In this document: positions 1 to 8,713 of the stretch, piece after piece
Layout of the letters: each line of letters starts with the position of its first letter
How positions within the stretch are numbered: position 1 is the first letter of the stretch
From: Alphaproteobacteria bacterium
Lineage (GTDB): Bacteria > Pseudomonadota > Alphaproteobacteria > Rs-D84
Length of the DNA: 64,000 nucleotides
Assembly (NCBI GenBank): GCA_031549365.1
Contig: JAVBPX010000005.1
Coordinates: forward strand, 28,163-92,162
Direction: 5' to 3'
The notes under the pieces: generated by a model
What the model saw: only the letters and a program-made list of their open reading frames with translations
The model's database searches: none
What the model was told of the DNA's origin: nothing
Program-made: the position numbers and the translations under genes

Positions 1-177
1 GTTTTACGACATTCTTTTGCTTCGCATTTATTGGCCCATGGTGCAAATTTGCGCGCAATTCAAACTATGCTCGGGCACGAAGATATTGCAACAACGCAAA
101 TTTATACCCATGTATTGCCGCAACATTTGGTTGATGCCGTTCAATCGCATCATCCGTTATCTGGGAAAAAATTATGA
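1..177 (+). CDS. xerD: Tyrosine recombinase XerD, C-terminal part (truncated by window edge)
   Basis: Manual frame-1 translation [38 protein letters not shown]...HHP contains the (H)xLRH, LGH and catalytic Tyr motifs; TGA overlaps the next ATG (ATGA). Confidence 0.85.
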   Translation, partial: VLRHSFASHLLAHGANLRAIQTMLGHEDIATTQIYTHVLPQHLVDAVQSHHPLSGKKL

Positions 178-662
178 AAGTACAAAAATGCGATTTTCCA
201 AATTGTACAAAATTGGGCAACTGTCGCGCGCCCAAGGATCGCAAATTAAACGAATATTATATGTTTTGTTCAAAACATGCCGCCGAATATAATAAAAATT
301 GGAATTATTATTCGGGGATGAGCGAATCTGAAATAAACGCAGATTGGGAACGACAAACATTTGGTCCACATCCATTCGAATCATTTCATGATGATCATCA
401 TTTGGATTTTTTACGCGCTTATCTATCCGATTCGCGTGCTGGGACAAAAAAAATATTATCCCCAAACGCCGCACAAAACCGTGCATTAAAAACACTGGAA
501 CTAAATTGGCCAACTACAATGGTTGACATTCAAAAACAATACCGAAAACTGGCAAAAAAATATCATCCTGATACTTCTGCTTCTGCCAATTCTCAAAAAA
601 TATTCCAAGAGATTGCGGCCGCATACGACACATTATCAAAATGGTTAAAACCAGTAAAATAG
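174..662 (+). CDS. J-domain (DnaJ-class) protein, alphaproteobacterial type
   Basis: N-terminal Cys motif CRAPK...[13 protein letters not shown] and C-terminal J domain with HPD. Confidence 0.85.
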   Translation: MKVQKCDFPNCTKLGNCRAPKDRKLNEYYMFCSKHAAEYNKNWNYYSGMSESEINADWERQTFGPHPFESFHDDHHLDFLRAYLSDSRAGTKKILSPNAAQNRALKTLELNWPTTMVDIQKQYRKLAKKYHPDTSASANSQKIFQEIAAAYDTLSKWLKPVK

Positions 663-699
663 CCTTGTTTTTTTTCGTTATATTTCCTAGAATATTCAC

Positions 700-1518
700 A
701 TGAGAAAAATTATTCCATTTTTATTATCCGCCATTATTGCAATGCCCGCCATTGCGTTGGAACCGTTTTTTTTGGACGAAATGGAAGATACTACATCAGA
801 TCAACCATCCGCCACTATTATTGACGAGCCAACATTTGTTGATCAATTTTCGGATGATCAGTTGCCAGATATAATGTATTTGGATGACGGTCAAGATTTT
901 GCAAACGTTCGCATGTTTGATATTGCCGGAATATTTTTGGGCATGCAATTCGAAGATGTACAAACATTATTTTATAAAACCCGGGGTTTGTATGCGCCCG
1001 TGGATAAAAATTCAATCAAATATTCAATACCAAAAGAATGGCGATATAATTTGGATTATGAATGTCGCCAGGGCGGAATTTACATCCCGGCCGAGGTTGA
1101 ACGTTGTATCCAATCGTCCGCCAAAAAACGTGGATTTTTGTATCCCGCAGAAATGCATTTGGTTCGTAAAAAAACCGGCGAAAACATATATGTTTATTTC
1201 ACATCAAATTTAACGAATAATAATGTGTGGAAAATTGTATACCAAAACGATGTGGACGAGGTTGAGGGGTTGGACGAAAAATTTGAATACCAACGGGAAA
1301 AGAAAATATTAACATTTTGGCAATCAGTATTGGATAAATATGGCGCGCCAAATTCTGGAACTGCCGCTTGGATTTCATCCGACAACCCGTTCGATCCGAT
1401 GATGGAGGCCGCATACGGCGAATTAATACTCCAAGATCGTTCAATGCATGCCAATGATATTAACGAAAATACGCTGGATTCACGGGCCAGATTCCAATCC
1501 AAACCTTATGCTTTCTGA
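700..1518 (+). CDS. Hypothetical exported protein
   Basis: 272-aa ORF with signal peptide and acidic N-terminus. Confidence 0.65.
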   Translation: MRKIIPFLLSAIIAMPAIALEPFFLDEMEDTTSDQPSATIIDEPTFVDQFSDDQLPDIMYLDDGQDFANVRMFDIAGIFLGMQFEDVQTLFYKTRGLYAPVDKNSIKYSIPKEWRYNLDYECRQGGIYIPAEVERCIQSSAKKRGFLYPAEMHLVRKKTGENIYVYFTSNLTNNNVWKIVYQNDVDEVEGLDEKFEYQREKKILTFWQSVLDKYGAPNSGTAAWISSDNPFDPMMEAAYGELILQDRSMHANDINENTLDSRARFQSKPYAF

Positions 1519-1630
1519 TAATGTTAATTTCAGGAAAATTAAAAATTTACTACGAAATTAACAAATGTAACAAAAAAACAAACACATTTATATTTTAGTT
1601 GTCATTGATGACAATTACAGCTATACAAAA

Positions 1631-1954
1631 CTATTGTTTGAATACTATTTTTTTGATTGTTTCCGAACCATAATAATTATTAATTTTTTCCAACAATTCG
1701 CGTTGCCGAAACGATAAAACCATGGCGGATGCAGGCGTTGTTAATTTTAAAGTTAATGTTCGCCCATCTTTGTTCGATGATAATTTATCAACAACCATTT
1801 GTAATGCCAGATCGGGTCCAACAATTGTTTCCCAATGATTTTTTAAATCGAAATCACCAATATTACCGCCCAATTCCCGAACAACATGATTTAATCGTGA
1901 CGCCAGTGTCATTGGCCGGGATTTACGTTGATCAAAATCCGGCTTTTTTGCCAT
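1631..1954 (-). CDS. DciA/DUF721 family protein
   Basis: WETIVG..LA motif and ELLEKINNYYG..IKKIVF pattern. Confidence 0.75.
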   Translation of the reverse strand: MAKKPDFDQRKSRPMTLASRLNHVVRELGGNIGDFDLKNHWETIVGPDLALQMVVDKLSSNKDGRTLTLKLTTPASAMVLSFRQRELLEKINNYYGSETIKKIVFKQ

Positions 1955-2895
1955 TATTCGTCCCCCTCGATCAAAGCGACCGGGCCATCGGTTACATATA
2001 AACTCTTTTTATTCTCGGCGTCATCCAAAACCAATTTTTGTAATTTTTCGAATGCGCGTTCTTCAATTTGACGAACACGTTCGCGTGAAATATTATATTT
2101 TTCGGATAATTGTTCCAACGTTTGAACAGGATCGGAAAGTCGTCTGGATTTTAAAATATCCTGTTCCCGATCAGTCAATTTTTTCATATTATTTTTTAAT
2201 AACTCTGCCCCCAACGTAGCCAATTCTTTTTGGTCCAAACGTTCATCAATTGTAATATTATCGCCCGCCAAATTATCAATCATTTCGGACGCATCATCGC
2301 CGGACCCACGTGGCGAATTTAATGACACATCGCGACCCATCCGAGATGCCATGCGTTCAACATCGGATTCAGACACATTTAAATAATTTGCGATTTGTCC
2401 AACAGATTCATTCGACAAACGATTATCCATAATTCCCAATTCACGTTTTGCCCGTGCCAGGTTGAAAAACAACCTTTTTTGATTACTGCTGCTGCCGATT
2501 TTAACAATCGACCAATTGTTTAAAATCGTTTCGTAAATCGCAGCACGAATCCACCATAACGCATACGTTGTTAAACGAAATCCGCGTTCGGGGTCGAATT
2601 TTTTAACGGCCTGCATTAATCCCATGTTGCCCTCGGCAATTAGATCGGACATTGGAATACCGTAATTTTTGAATTCATACGCAACGGACACAACCAATCG
2701 CAAATGCGAAGTAACCAAACGTTCGGCCGCCATTGTGTCATGATCCCGCTGCCAACGGGTTGCCATTGTGTATTCTTCCTCGGCTGACAATATGGGGAAG
2801 CGCTGAATATCACGAATATATTGTTCCAAACCAACTTCGTCGCTGACACCGCGAACGGCCATCAACGATTGATTCGGATTGTTCTTTTTGCTCAT
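1954..2895 (-). CDS. rpoH: RNA polymerase sigma-32 factor
   Basis: Sigma regions 2-4 and RpoH box QKRLFFNL; start placed at MSKK. Confidence 0.92.
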   Translation of the reverse strand: MSKKNNPNQSLMAVRGVSDEVGLEQYIRDIQRFPILSAEEEYTMATRWQRDHDTMAAERLVTSHLRLVVSVAYEFKNYGIPMSDLIAEGNMGLMQAVKKFDPERGFRLTTYALWWIRAAIYETILNNWSIVKIGSSSNQKRLFFNLARAKRELGIMDNRLSNESVGQIANYLNVSESDVERMASRMGRDVSLNSPRGSGDDASEMIDNLAGDNITIDERLDQKELATLGAELLKNNMKKLTDREQDILKSRRLSDPVQTLEQLSEKYNISRERVRQIEERAFEKLQKLVLDDAENKKSLYVTDGPVALIEGDE

Positions 2896-2948
2896 AGATA
2901 TATTATAGCACAAAACGCCAAATTTTCAATTGGTATAAAGTCTTAAAG

Positions 2949-3065
2949 TTAATTAACGGGATAAGTCCGGGGGAAATTCTTGCCACTTGGATGATCTGGG
3001 GCCGATTTAACACCGCACCCAACCACAATAAACGCCAATAAAATCAGTAATAATGCCTTTTTCAT
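2949..3065 (-). CDS. Small lipoprotein, LptM/YifL-like
   Basis: MKKALLLILLAFIVVG-CGVKSAP: lipobox followed by CGxK. Confidence 0.65.
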   Translation of the reverse strand: MKKALLLILLAFIVVGCGVKSAPDHPSGKNFPRTYPVN

Positions 3066-3232
3066 GTATATATATTGCATTACTTTTATTGTTAATTCAA
3101 GAAAAATCCAAGATTTCACTCTCGTTAAAACCAGAATAATTGAAATTATTTTTGGTTTTAACAGCCGTGCAATTATAAATATCTTGAAATTTCGATAAAA
3201 TTCTTTATTATGTCGGTACATTGCCCGGATGG

Positions 3233-3310
3233 TGAGGCATAAAATGAATGTTAATAATATTCATTTTTGCGTAATAGAAACAACAAATTTTTAATTTGCA
3301 TGTTTCGTTG
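3233..3310 (+). mobile_element. tRNA-associated two-hairpin element, copy A
   Basis: Stem-TTAATAA-stem, then AATAG[AAAC..GTTT]CGTTG; preceded by a 10-bp duplicate of the tRNA-Leu 5' end (3223-3232 = 3339-3348). Confidence 0.6.
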
Positions 3311-3338
3311 CGAACCTTTTGGACAAAAAAGTAAATCG

Positions 3339-3425
3339 GCCCGGATGGCGGAATTGGTAGACGCGCTAGTTTCAGGTACTAGTGAACGCAAGTTCATGGA
3401 GGTTCGAGTCCTCTTTCGGGCACCA
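3339..3425 (+). tRNA. tRNA-Leu(CAG)
   Basis: Cloverleaf, anticodon arm CTAGT-TTCAGGT-ACTAG, long variable arm, CCA. Confidence 0.97.
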
Positions 3426-3432
3426 TCAATAG

Positions 3433-3460
3433 TAAAAACCGGCAATCTGCCGGTTTTTTA
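3433..3460. terminator. Bidirectional intrinsic terminator
   Basis: AAAAACCGGCA-ATC-TGCCGGTTTTT between convergent genes. Confidence 0.8.
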
Positions 3461-3465
3461 TTTAC

Positions 3466-4008
3466 TTATTTTTTAGCAATATCCGAACGCATTTTTATAA
3501 TTTTGTCCGGATTTGTTACAGTGCCGCTGCCGGGTGCGCCACGTTTGATTTTATCAACGTATTCCATGCCGGATGTAACATTACCCCAAACGGTATATTG
3601 CCCATCCAAAAATATTGCATCATCAAAACAGATGAAAAATTGGCTGTCCCCGCTGTTTACATCGTTTGAACGCGCCATTGAAACAGTTCCGCGGACGTGT
3701 GGTTCGCGTGAAAATTCGGCCTTTAACTTTTTTCCGGATCCGCCCATGCCGGTTCCCGTTGGATCACCGGTTTGGGCCATAAATCCATCAATCACACGGT
3801 GAAAAACAATGCCATCATAAAATCCAGAATCCGCCAATTCAACAATACGTTTTACGTGTTCCGGTGCCAAATCCGGGCGTAATTTAATTTCAACAGTTCC
3901 GTCTTTTAATTCCAGGTATAACATTTTTGCCTCCGTCGTTTTTGCAAATGCATTTGTTGATATAAATATTGCGACAATTAATGCCAATATGTATTTTAAA
4001 TATTTCAT
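3466..4008 (-). CDS. ppiA: Cyclophilin-type peptidyl-prolyl isomerase, exported
   Basis: FHRVIDGFMAQTGDP, SQFFI, LDGQYTVWG motifs and a signal peptide. Confidence 0.92.
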   Translation of the reverse strand: MKYLKYILALIVAIFISTNAFAKTTEAKMLYLELKDGTVEIKLRPDLAPEHVKRIVELADSGFYDGIVFHRVIDGFMAQTGDPTGTGMGGSGKKLKAEFSREPHVRGTVSMARSNDVNSGDSQFFICFDDAIFLDGQYTVWGNVTSGMEYVDKIKRGAPGSGTVTNPDKIIKMRSDIAKK

Positions 4009-4236
4009 TTTATCCCCCCGTTTAATCCATGCCAACACTGTACAATTATTTATATAATTGGTCAATTAAATTAATAATACATTTATGTTAATTCCAGAAT
4101 AATTAAAAATTATTTCCGGAATTAACAATATAAAAAACAGATAAAAATACAAATTAAATATGTCACAACCATTAAAAAACCGGCCAAATGACCGGTTATC
4201 CCTCAGGGTCAAAACCCCATGGCAATCATTGCAATA

Positions 4237-4938
4237 CTACAATGTATTCAAATATTCGCGATAACGTTGGTCGCATATTTGTTTAATTTTTTCTTGGCCA
4301 CGTTCGTTTAAATGAATTCCATCCACACACATATAGTCGCTATATTTTGGAATCGCCAATAATGTTTCACGAACAGGCACAGTCGCCAAATTATATGACG
4401 CTGCAATATTTTCCAACGCGCTTGCATACAATTCTTGGTGACGATAAATTCGACTCTTGTCCCCCAAAAATTCCATTAAGCGTGCGGCGCGTCCATGATC
4501 AGCGCCAACAATCCAATTAAAATAACGATCCGAATCAATTGGTGGCAAAGTCATAATAACCGGGCGCTTTCCTGAATTTAAAACACGTTCGATTATTTCA
4601 CGTACGTTTTTCTTGAATTCCGCATATGGTGTGTTTGGCAAATGTTCCGCGTAAGGTTTTTCACAAACTGCATCCCAATTATAATCACAATCATTTCCGC
4701 CCAATTCCAATAATACTATGTCCGATTCATCTTCCAATACGCGGGGCAATTTTTCCATCGCTTTGGCGGTTGTGCATCCGAATGCAGCCTGATTATTGAT
4801 TTCGACTTGATTGCTGCTGCCGAATAAATTTGCAGCACTATCCTTTAAAAAACGGTATTTGCCAATCAATTCGTCAAATATAACGCCTTTTAAAATGGAA
4901 TCCCCAATGATTCCTATTTTCTTTCTGATGTTTTCCAT
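4237..4938 (-). CDS. SGNH/GDSL hydrolase
   Basis: GDSI, GGND and DGIH blocks. Confidence 0.9.
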   Translation of the reverse strand: MENIRKKIGIIGDSILKGVIFDELIGKYRFLKDSAANLFGSSNQVEINNQAAFGCTTAKAMEKLPRVLEDESDIVLLELGGNDCDYNWDAVCEKPYAEHLPNTPYAEFKKNVREIIERVLNSGKRPVIMTLPPIDSDRYFNWIVGADHGRAARLMEFLGDKSRIYRHQELYASALENIAASYNLATVPVRETLLAIPKYSDYMCVDGIHLNERGQEKIKQICDQRYREYLNTL

Positions 4939-5059
4939 ATTTTCCCCTATGGTTTTGGTCAACGGTATATTATATAACCCAAAATACCAATAAAACAAGT
5001 TTGTTTTTAAATTCCGCTTTGCTTTTTATTTGGCTTTTGTAATAATCATCCGGCAACAA

Positions 5060-5959
5060 ATGGAAAATGATATGAATTTCGATGAAATAATTTTAAAATT
5101 AAAACCACAAAATCCGAAAAAAATCGCCGTGGTGGCCGCACACGATGACACAGTATTGAATGCGATTAACAATGGATATAAATTGGGATTTATCACACCA
5201 ATTTTGTGCGGAAATGCGGAAAAAATCGTGAAAATCGCGGACGCCCAAAATATCGATATTTCAAATTTTGAAATTATAAATTGTGAAAATGATTCTGAAT
5301 GCGCAAATATCGCCGTTGAATTAATTCGAAACAAACGCGCCGATATTTTAATGAAAGGATTAATCCCAACCGCCGATCTGTTACGCGCTGTATTAAATCG
5401 CGAAACCGGGATACGAGGAAATGGAATTTTATCGCATGTATCTGTTTTACAATCACCGTTACGCGATAAACCAATTTTTATGACAGACGTTGCAATGGTT
5501 ACATATCCTGATTTATCAACCAAGGTCGAATTAATAAACAATGCTGTTAAATTTGCCCGCGCAATGGGGCTTGAAACACCATTGGTGGCGGCATTGGCCG
5601 CGGTCGAGGTTGTAAACCCAAATATGCCAGCAACAATTGAAGCAAACGAATTAAAACAAATGAATAAACTAGGCGAAATTAAAAACTGTATCGTTGATGG
5701 CCCATTGGCGTTTGATTTGGCCGTATCGTCGGACGCAGCGGAACACAAGGGCTATAAATCAGATGTTGCCGGAAATGCCGACGTATTATTATTTCATAAT
5801 ATCGAGGCCGGAAATTCAACGTTAAAGGCCATGACCCATTTCGGAGGGTGTTTATTTGGCGGTATCGTAATGGGTGCTTTGGCCCCAATCGTATTGAATT
5901 CACGATCTGATTCCGAACAATCAAAATTGTATTCGATTGCCTGTGCCTGTTCCCTGTAA
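5060..5959 (+). CDS. ptb: Phosphate butyryltransferase / phosphate acyltransferase (PTA_PTB)
   Basis: ADILMKG, VDGPLAFDLAVS, IEAGN, SRSDS motifs. Confidence 0.85.
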   Translation: MENDMNFDEIILKLKPQNPKKIAVVAAHDDTVLNAINNGYKLGFITPILCGNAEKIVKIADAQNIDISNFEIINCENDSECANIAVELIRNKRADILMKGLIPTADLLRAVLNRETGIRGNGILSHVSVLQSPLRDKPIFMTDVAMVTYPDLSTKVELINNAVKFARAMGLETPLVAALAAVEVVNPNMPATIEANELKQMNKLGEIKNCIVDGPLAFDLAVSSDAAEHKGYKSDVAGNADVLLFHNIEAGNSTLKAMTHFGGCLFGGIVMGALAPIVLNSRSDSEQSKLYSIACACSL

Positions 5960-6066
5960 ATTTATGCAATTTATACGCGAAAAATATCTTTTTGAGGAAA
6001 CCGTGGAAAACGCATAAAAAGTGTGATATAATCAGCACGATATTCAAAAAATATGGGGTATTTATT

Positions 6067-6645
6067 ATGGCCGCAAAACCAGTACAAAAATTAACTTTCA
6101 AAAAGGATCAATTCGTCGTGTATCCAACACACGGGGTTGGTAAAATATTAAAGATAGAAGAGCAAAACATTGCCGGGCAAAAGGTTGAATTGATTGTAAT
6201 TGAATTCGAAAAAAACCGCATGATTCTGCGCGTCCCCGTGGAAAAGGCCGAAGTAGCGGGACTGCGCCCATTGGTTACCGCCAAAAATATGGACGAAGCA
6301 ATTCAATCCGCCAAAAAATCGGCATCTGCCAAACGCGTAATTTGGTCCCGACGCGCCCAACAATACGAAGAAAAAATCAATTCGGGCAACCCAATGGAAT
6401 TGGCCGATGTGATTCGCGATTTACAAAGACGCGATTCGACCGATATACAAACTTTTTCTGGTCGTCAAATTTATATGCGTGCCCTGGAACGCATGGCCCA
6501 AGAATTTGCAGCAATTCATAAAATCCCGGTTGATGACGCCGAAGAAAAGATTGAAAAAATATTGGGCGTGCCCAAGGAAATCGATCTGGACGCCGTTGGA
6601 TTGGATGACGAAGATGGTATTGATTCCAGCGCGGACGAGGAATAA
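6067..6645 (+). CDS. carD: CarD/CdnL family RNAP-binding regulator
   Basis: VVYPTHGVG, WSRRAQQYEEKINSG. Confidence 0.92.
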   Translation: MAAKPVQKLTFKKDQFVVYPTHGVGKILKIEEQNIAGQKVELIVIEFEKNRMILRVPVEKAEVAGLRPLVTAKNMDEAIQSAKKSASAKRVIWSRRAQQYEEKINSGNPMELADVIRDLQRRDSTDIQTFSGRQIYMRALERMAQEFAAIHKIPVDDAEEKIEKILGVPKEIDLDAVGLDDEDGIDSSADEE

Positions 6646-6736
6646 TTGATTCTTTTTGTGTGATCGTTATAGCAAATCATTAATTTTTTCTGGATTTTTT
6701 GAAAAATATCGCCAAAATATGCGTATTCGTTAACAT

Positions 6737-6811
6737 GTCCCCATCGTCTAGGGGTTAGGACGCCAGATTCTCATTCTGGAAACACGGGTTCAATTCCCGT
6801 TGGGGATGCCA
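6737..6811 (+). tRNA. tRNA-Glu(CTC)
   Basis: Cloverleaf, CCAGA-TTCTCAT-TCTGG, CCA. Confidence 0.96.
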
Positions 6812-6853
6812 ATTATTTTAAACATGCCCGAAATGGGCATTTTAAAATAAATT
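6812..6853 (+). terminator. Hairpin terminator after tRNA-Glu
   Basis: TTATTTTAAACATGCCC-GAAAT-GGGCATTTTAAAATAA. Confidence 0.7.
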
Positions 6854-6869
6854 ATATCCAACCCGGGAA

Positions 6870-6958
6870 ACAACGCACCCACCATCTGGCGACACTGCGT
6901 TTGCCAGAATGGATGTGCTATTTCGAACTATATGATTGTTAATCATATAGTTACTACA
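6870..6958 (-). mobile_element. tRNA-associated two-hairpin element, copy B
   Basis: Minus strand TGTAGT-stem-TTAACAA-stem-CGAAATAGCAC..GTGCGTTGT; abuts a 14-bp duplicate of the tRNA-Glu 3' end (6959-6972 = 6798-6811). Confidence 0.7.
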
Positions 6959-6973
6959 CGTTGGGGATGCCAC

Positions 6974-7100
6974 TAAATTTATCTAAATTCATTATCTAAA
7001 CACATTTCTCATTTTTTGCGCGGGTCACGTACCGCGTGTACGCTCCGCCGCGTCAAAAAATTTCGGAAATGCGCTTATCTAATAAATTTTTATAAATTTA
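6974..7100. repeat. Long palindromic element (family H), divergent copy
   Basis: Long imperfect inverted repeat with central GTCACGTAC..GTACGCTCC. Confidence 0.65.
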
Positions 7101-7248
7101 AGTTGATTAGCTCTAAAAAACCAATATAAAATTAAAACTATCCAACCCGGGAAAACAACAAAGTATATAACTTTTCTTTCTGCTTGAAAAAAAATCATGT
7201 TATCTATTATAATGCCGGGACTTATTAATCAAGCAAAGGAGCAGTCCC

Positions 7249-8487
7249 ATGAAAATTAAACCTTTCGCCGCTGTGCGACCACCACGTGAATTGGCATCCG
7301 AAGTGGCATCTCGTCCATACGATGTTTTAAATTCAGCCGAGGCCCAGGCCGAAGCAGGTGAAAAATCATTATTACACATCATCAAACCGGAAATTGATTT
7401 TAACCCAATTATTGATGAACATTCCCAGGCCGCGTACGACAAAGCAGTTGAAAACTTTCATCTGTGGCAAGATCGCAAATGGCTGGTCCAAGACAACAAA
7501 GAAATGTATTATATTTATGCCCAAACAATGGATGGTCGCACACAATACGGCTTGGTTGCTGCTGCAAATGTTGCAGATTATTTGGATGGAAAAATTAAAA
7601 AACACGAATTAACACGCAAAGACAAAGAAGAAGATCGCATGATCCATGTTCGTATCCAAGACGCGAATATTGAACCTGTATTCTTTGCATATCCAGATGT
7701 AAGCGAGATGAATGAATTGGTTGAAAATGTTGTTAAATCAAAATCTCCTGAATATGATTTTGTGGCCGAAGACGGCTTTGGGCACCATTTTTGGGTAATT
7801 GACGACCAAGCAACAAATGAACGTATTACTGAAATTTTCGAAAAAATTCCAGCATTATATGTTGCCGACGGACATCACCGCACAGCGGCGGCGGCATTGG
7901 TTGGTCAGGAAAAAGCCAAAAACAATCCAAACCATAATGGAACGGAAGAATACAATTTTTTCCTGGCTGTTATATTCCCAGAATCACATTTGAAAGTAAT
8001 TGATTACAATCGCTTGGTCAAAGATTTGAATGGAATGACTGCTGAACAATTCATCGAAAAATTGAATGAATCATTTGATGTTTCCGAAATTGGATCTGAA
8101 ATTTATACACCAAATAAATTGCATAATTTTTCAATGTATATTGATTCTAAATGGTATTCATTGACTGCAAAATCTGGCACATACAACGACAATGACCCAT
8201 TGGGGGTATTGGACGTTACCGTTTTGTCTAATTTAGTATTTGATAAAATTTTGGATTTGGGCGATTTGCGTACATCAAAACGAATTGATTTCGTTGGTGG
8301 GATTCGTGGATTGGGCGAATTAAAACGTCGCGTTGATTCCGGTGAAATGGCCGCTGCTTTTGCATTGTATCCAGTATCAATGAAACAAATTATTGATATC
8401 GCGGATACAGGCAATATTATGCCGCCAAAAACCACATGGTTTGAACCAAAATTGCGTTCGGGTTTGGCAATTCATAAATTGAAATAA
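7249..8487 (+). CDS. DUF1015 family protein
   Basis: PYDV, IKKHELT, ADGHHR, MPPKTTWFEPKLRSGL. Confidence 0.9.
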   Translation: MKIKPFAAVRPPRELASEVASRPYDVLNSAEAQAEAGEKSLLHIIKPEIDFNPIIDEHSQAAYDKAVENFHLWQDRKWLVQDNKEMYYIYAQTMDGRTQYGLVAAANVADYLDGKIKKHELTRKDKEEDRMIHVRIQDANIEPVFFAYPDVSEMNELVENVVKSKSPEYDFVAEDGFGHHFWVIDDQATNERITEIFEKIPALYVADGHHRTAAAALVGQEKAKNNPNHNGTEEYNFFLAVIFPESHLKVIDYNRLVKDLNGMTAEQFIEKLNESFDVSEIGSEIYTPNKLHNFSMYIDSKWYSLTAKSGTYNDNDPLGVLDVTVLSNLVFDKILDLGDLRTSKRIDFVGGIRGLGELKRRVDSGEMAAAFALYPVSMKQIIDIADTGNIMPPKTTWFEPKLRSGLAIHKLK

Positions 8488-8505
8488 TCCGCACACAAAC
8501 CACAT

Positions 8506-8531
8506 AAAACCCTGGTATTTACCGGGGTTTT
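8506..8531 (+). terminator. Intrinsic terminator
   Basis: AAAACCCTGGTA-TT-TACCGGGGTTTT. Confidence 0.75.
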
Positions 8532-8540
8532 GTTTATTTC

Positions 8541-8569
8541 TTGACTTTTTGATATTTCCAACGTATATT
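8541..8569 (+). promoter_or_regulatory. Sigma70-type promoter of the valS leader
   Basis: TTGACT-17 bp-TATATT. Confidence 0.7.
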
Positions 8570-8575
8570 GTACTT

Positions 8576-8638
8576 ATGACATATTTAAATCATTCTTTAT
8601 CAAAATTATTTGTCGCATTTGCTGTCGTCGTGCGCTGA
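8576..8638 (+). CDS. Putative valS leader peptide MTYLNHSLSKLFVAFAVVVR
   Basis: 20-codon ORF with 4 Val codons (3 tandem) next to the stop, starting at the predicted TSS. Confidence 0.7.
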   Translation: MTYLNHSLSKLFVAFAVVVR

Positions 8639-8713
8639 CGCGCATATACTATATTCCAATTGATTTTTTAACACACAAACTTTACAATATCCCATTAATC
8701 AAAGGATAAAACT

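Noticed and set aside
3251-3476. ORFs 3251-3445, 3267-3476, 12919-13251, 48167-48448 and 48219-48422
   Set aside because: They overlap tRNA genes or palindromes and are shadow ORFs.
5026-5748. Long antisense or alternate-frame ORFs (5026-5748, 16684-17256, 37157-37693, 60899-61387 and similar)
   Set aside because: They lie opposite well-supported genes and show no motifs.
6870-6958. tRNA-associated element as a group I/II intron, hammerhead or HDV-like ribozyme
   Set aside because: It starts GTGTA, reminiscent of GTGYG, but I found no domain V, no P7 core, no CUGAnGA/GAAA core and no nested pseudoknot; orientation relative to the tRNA also varies.
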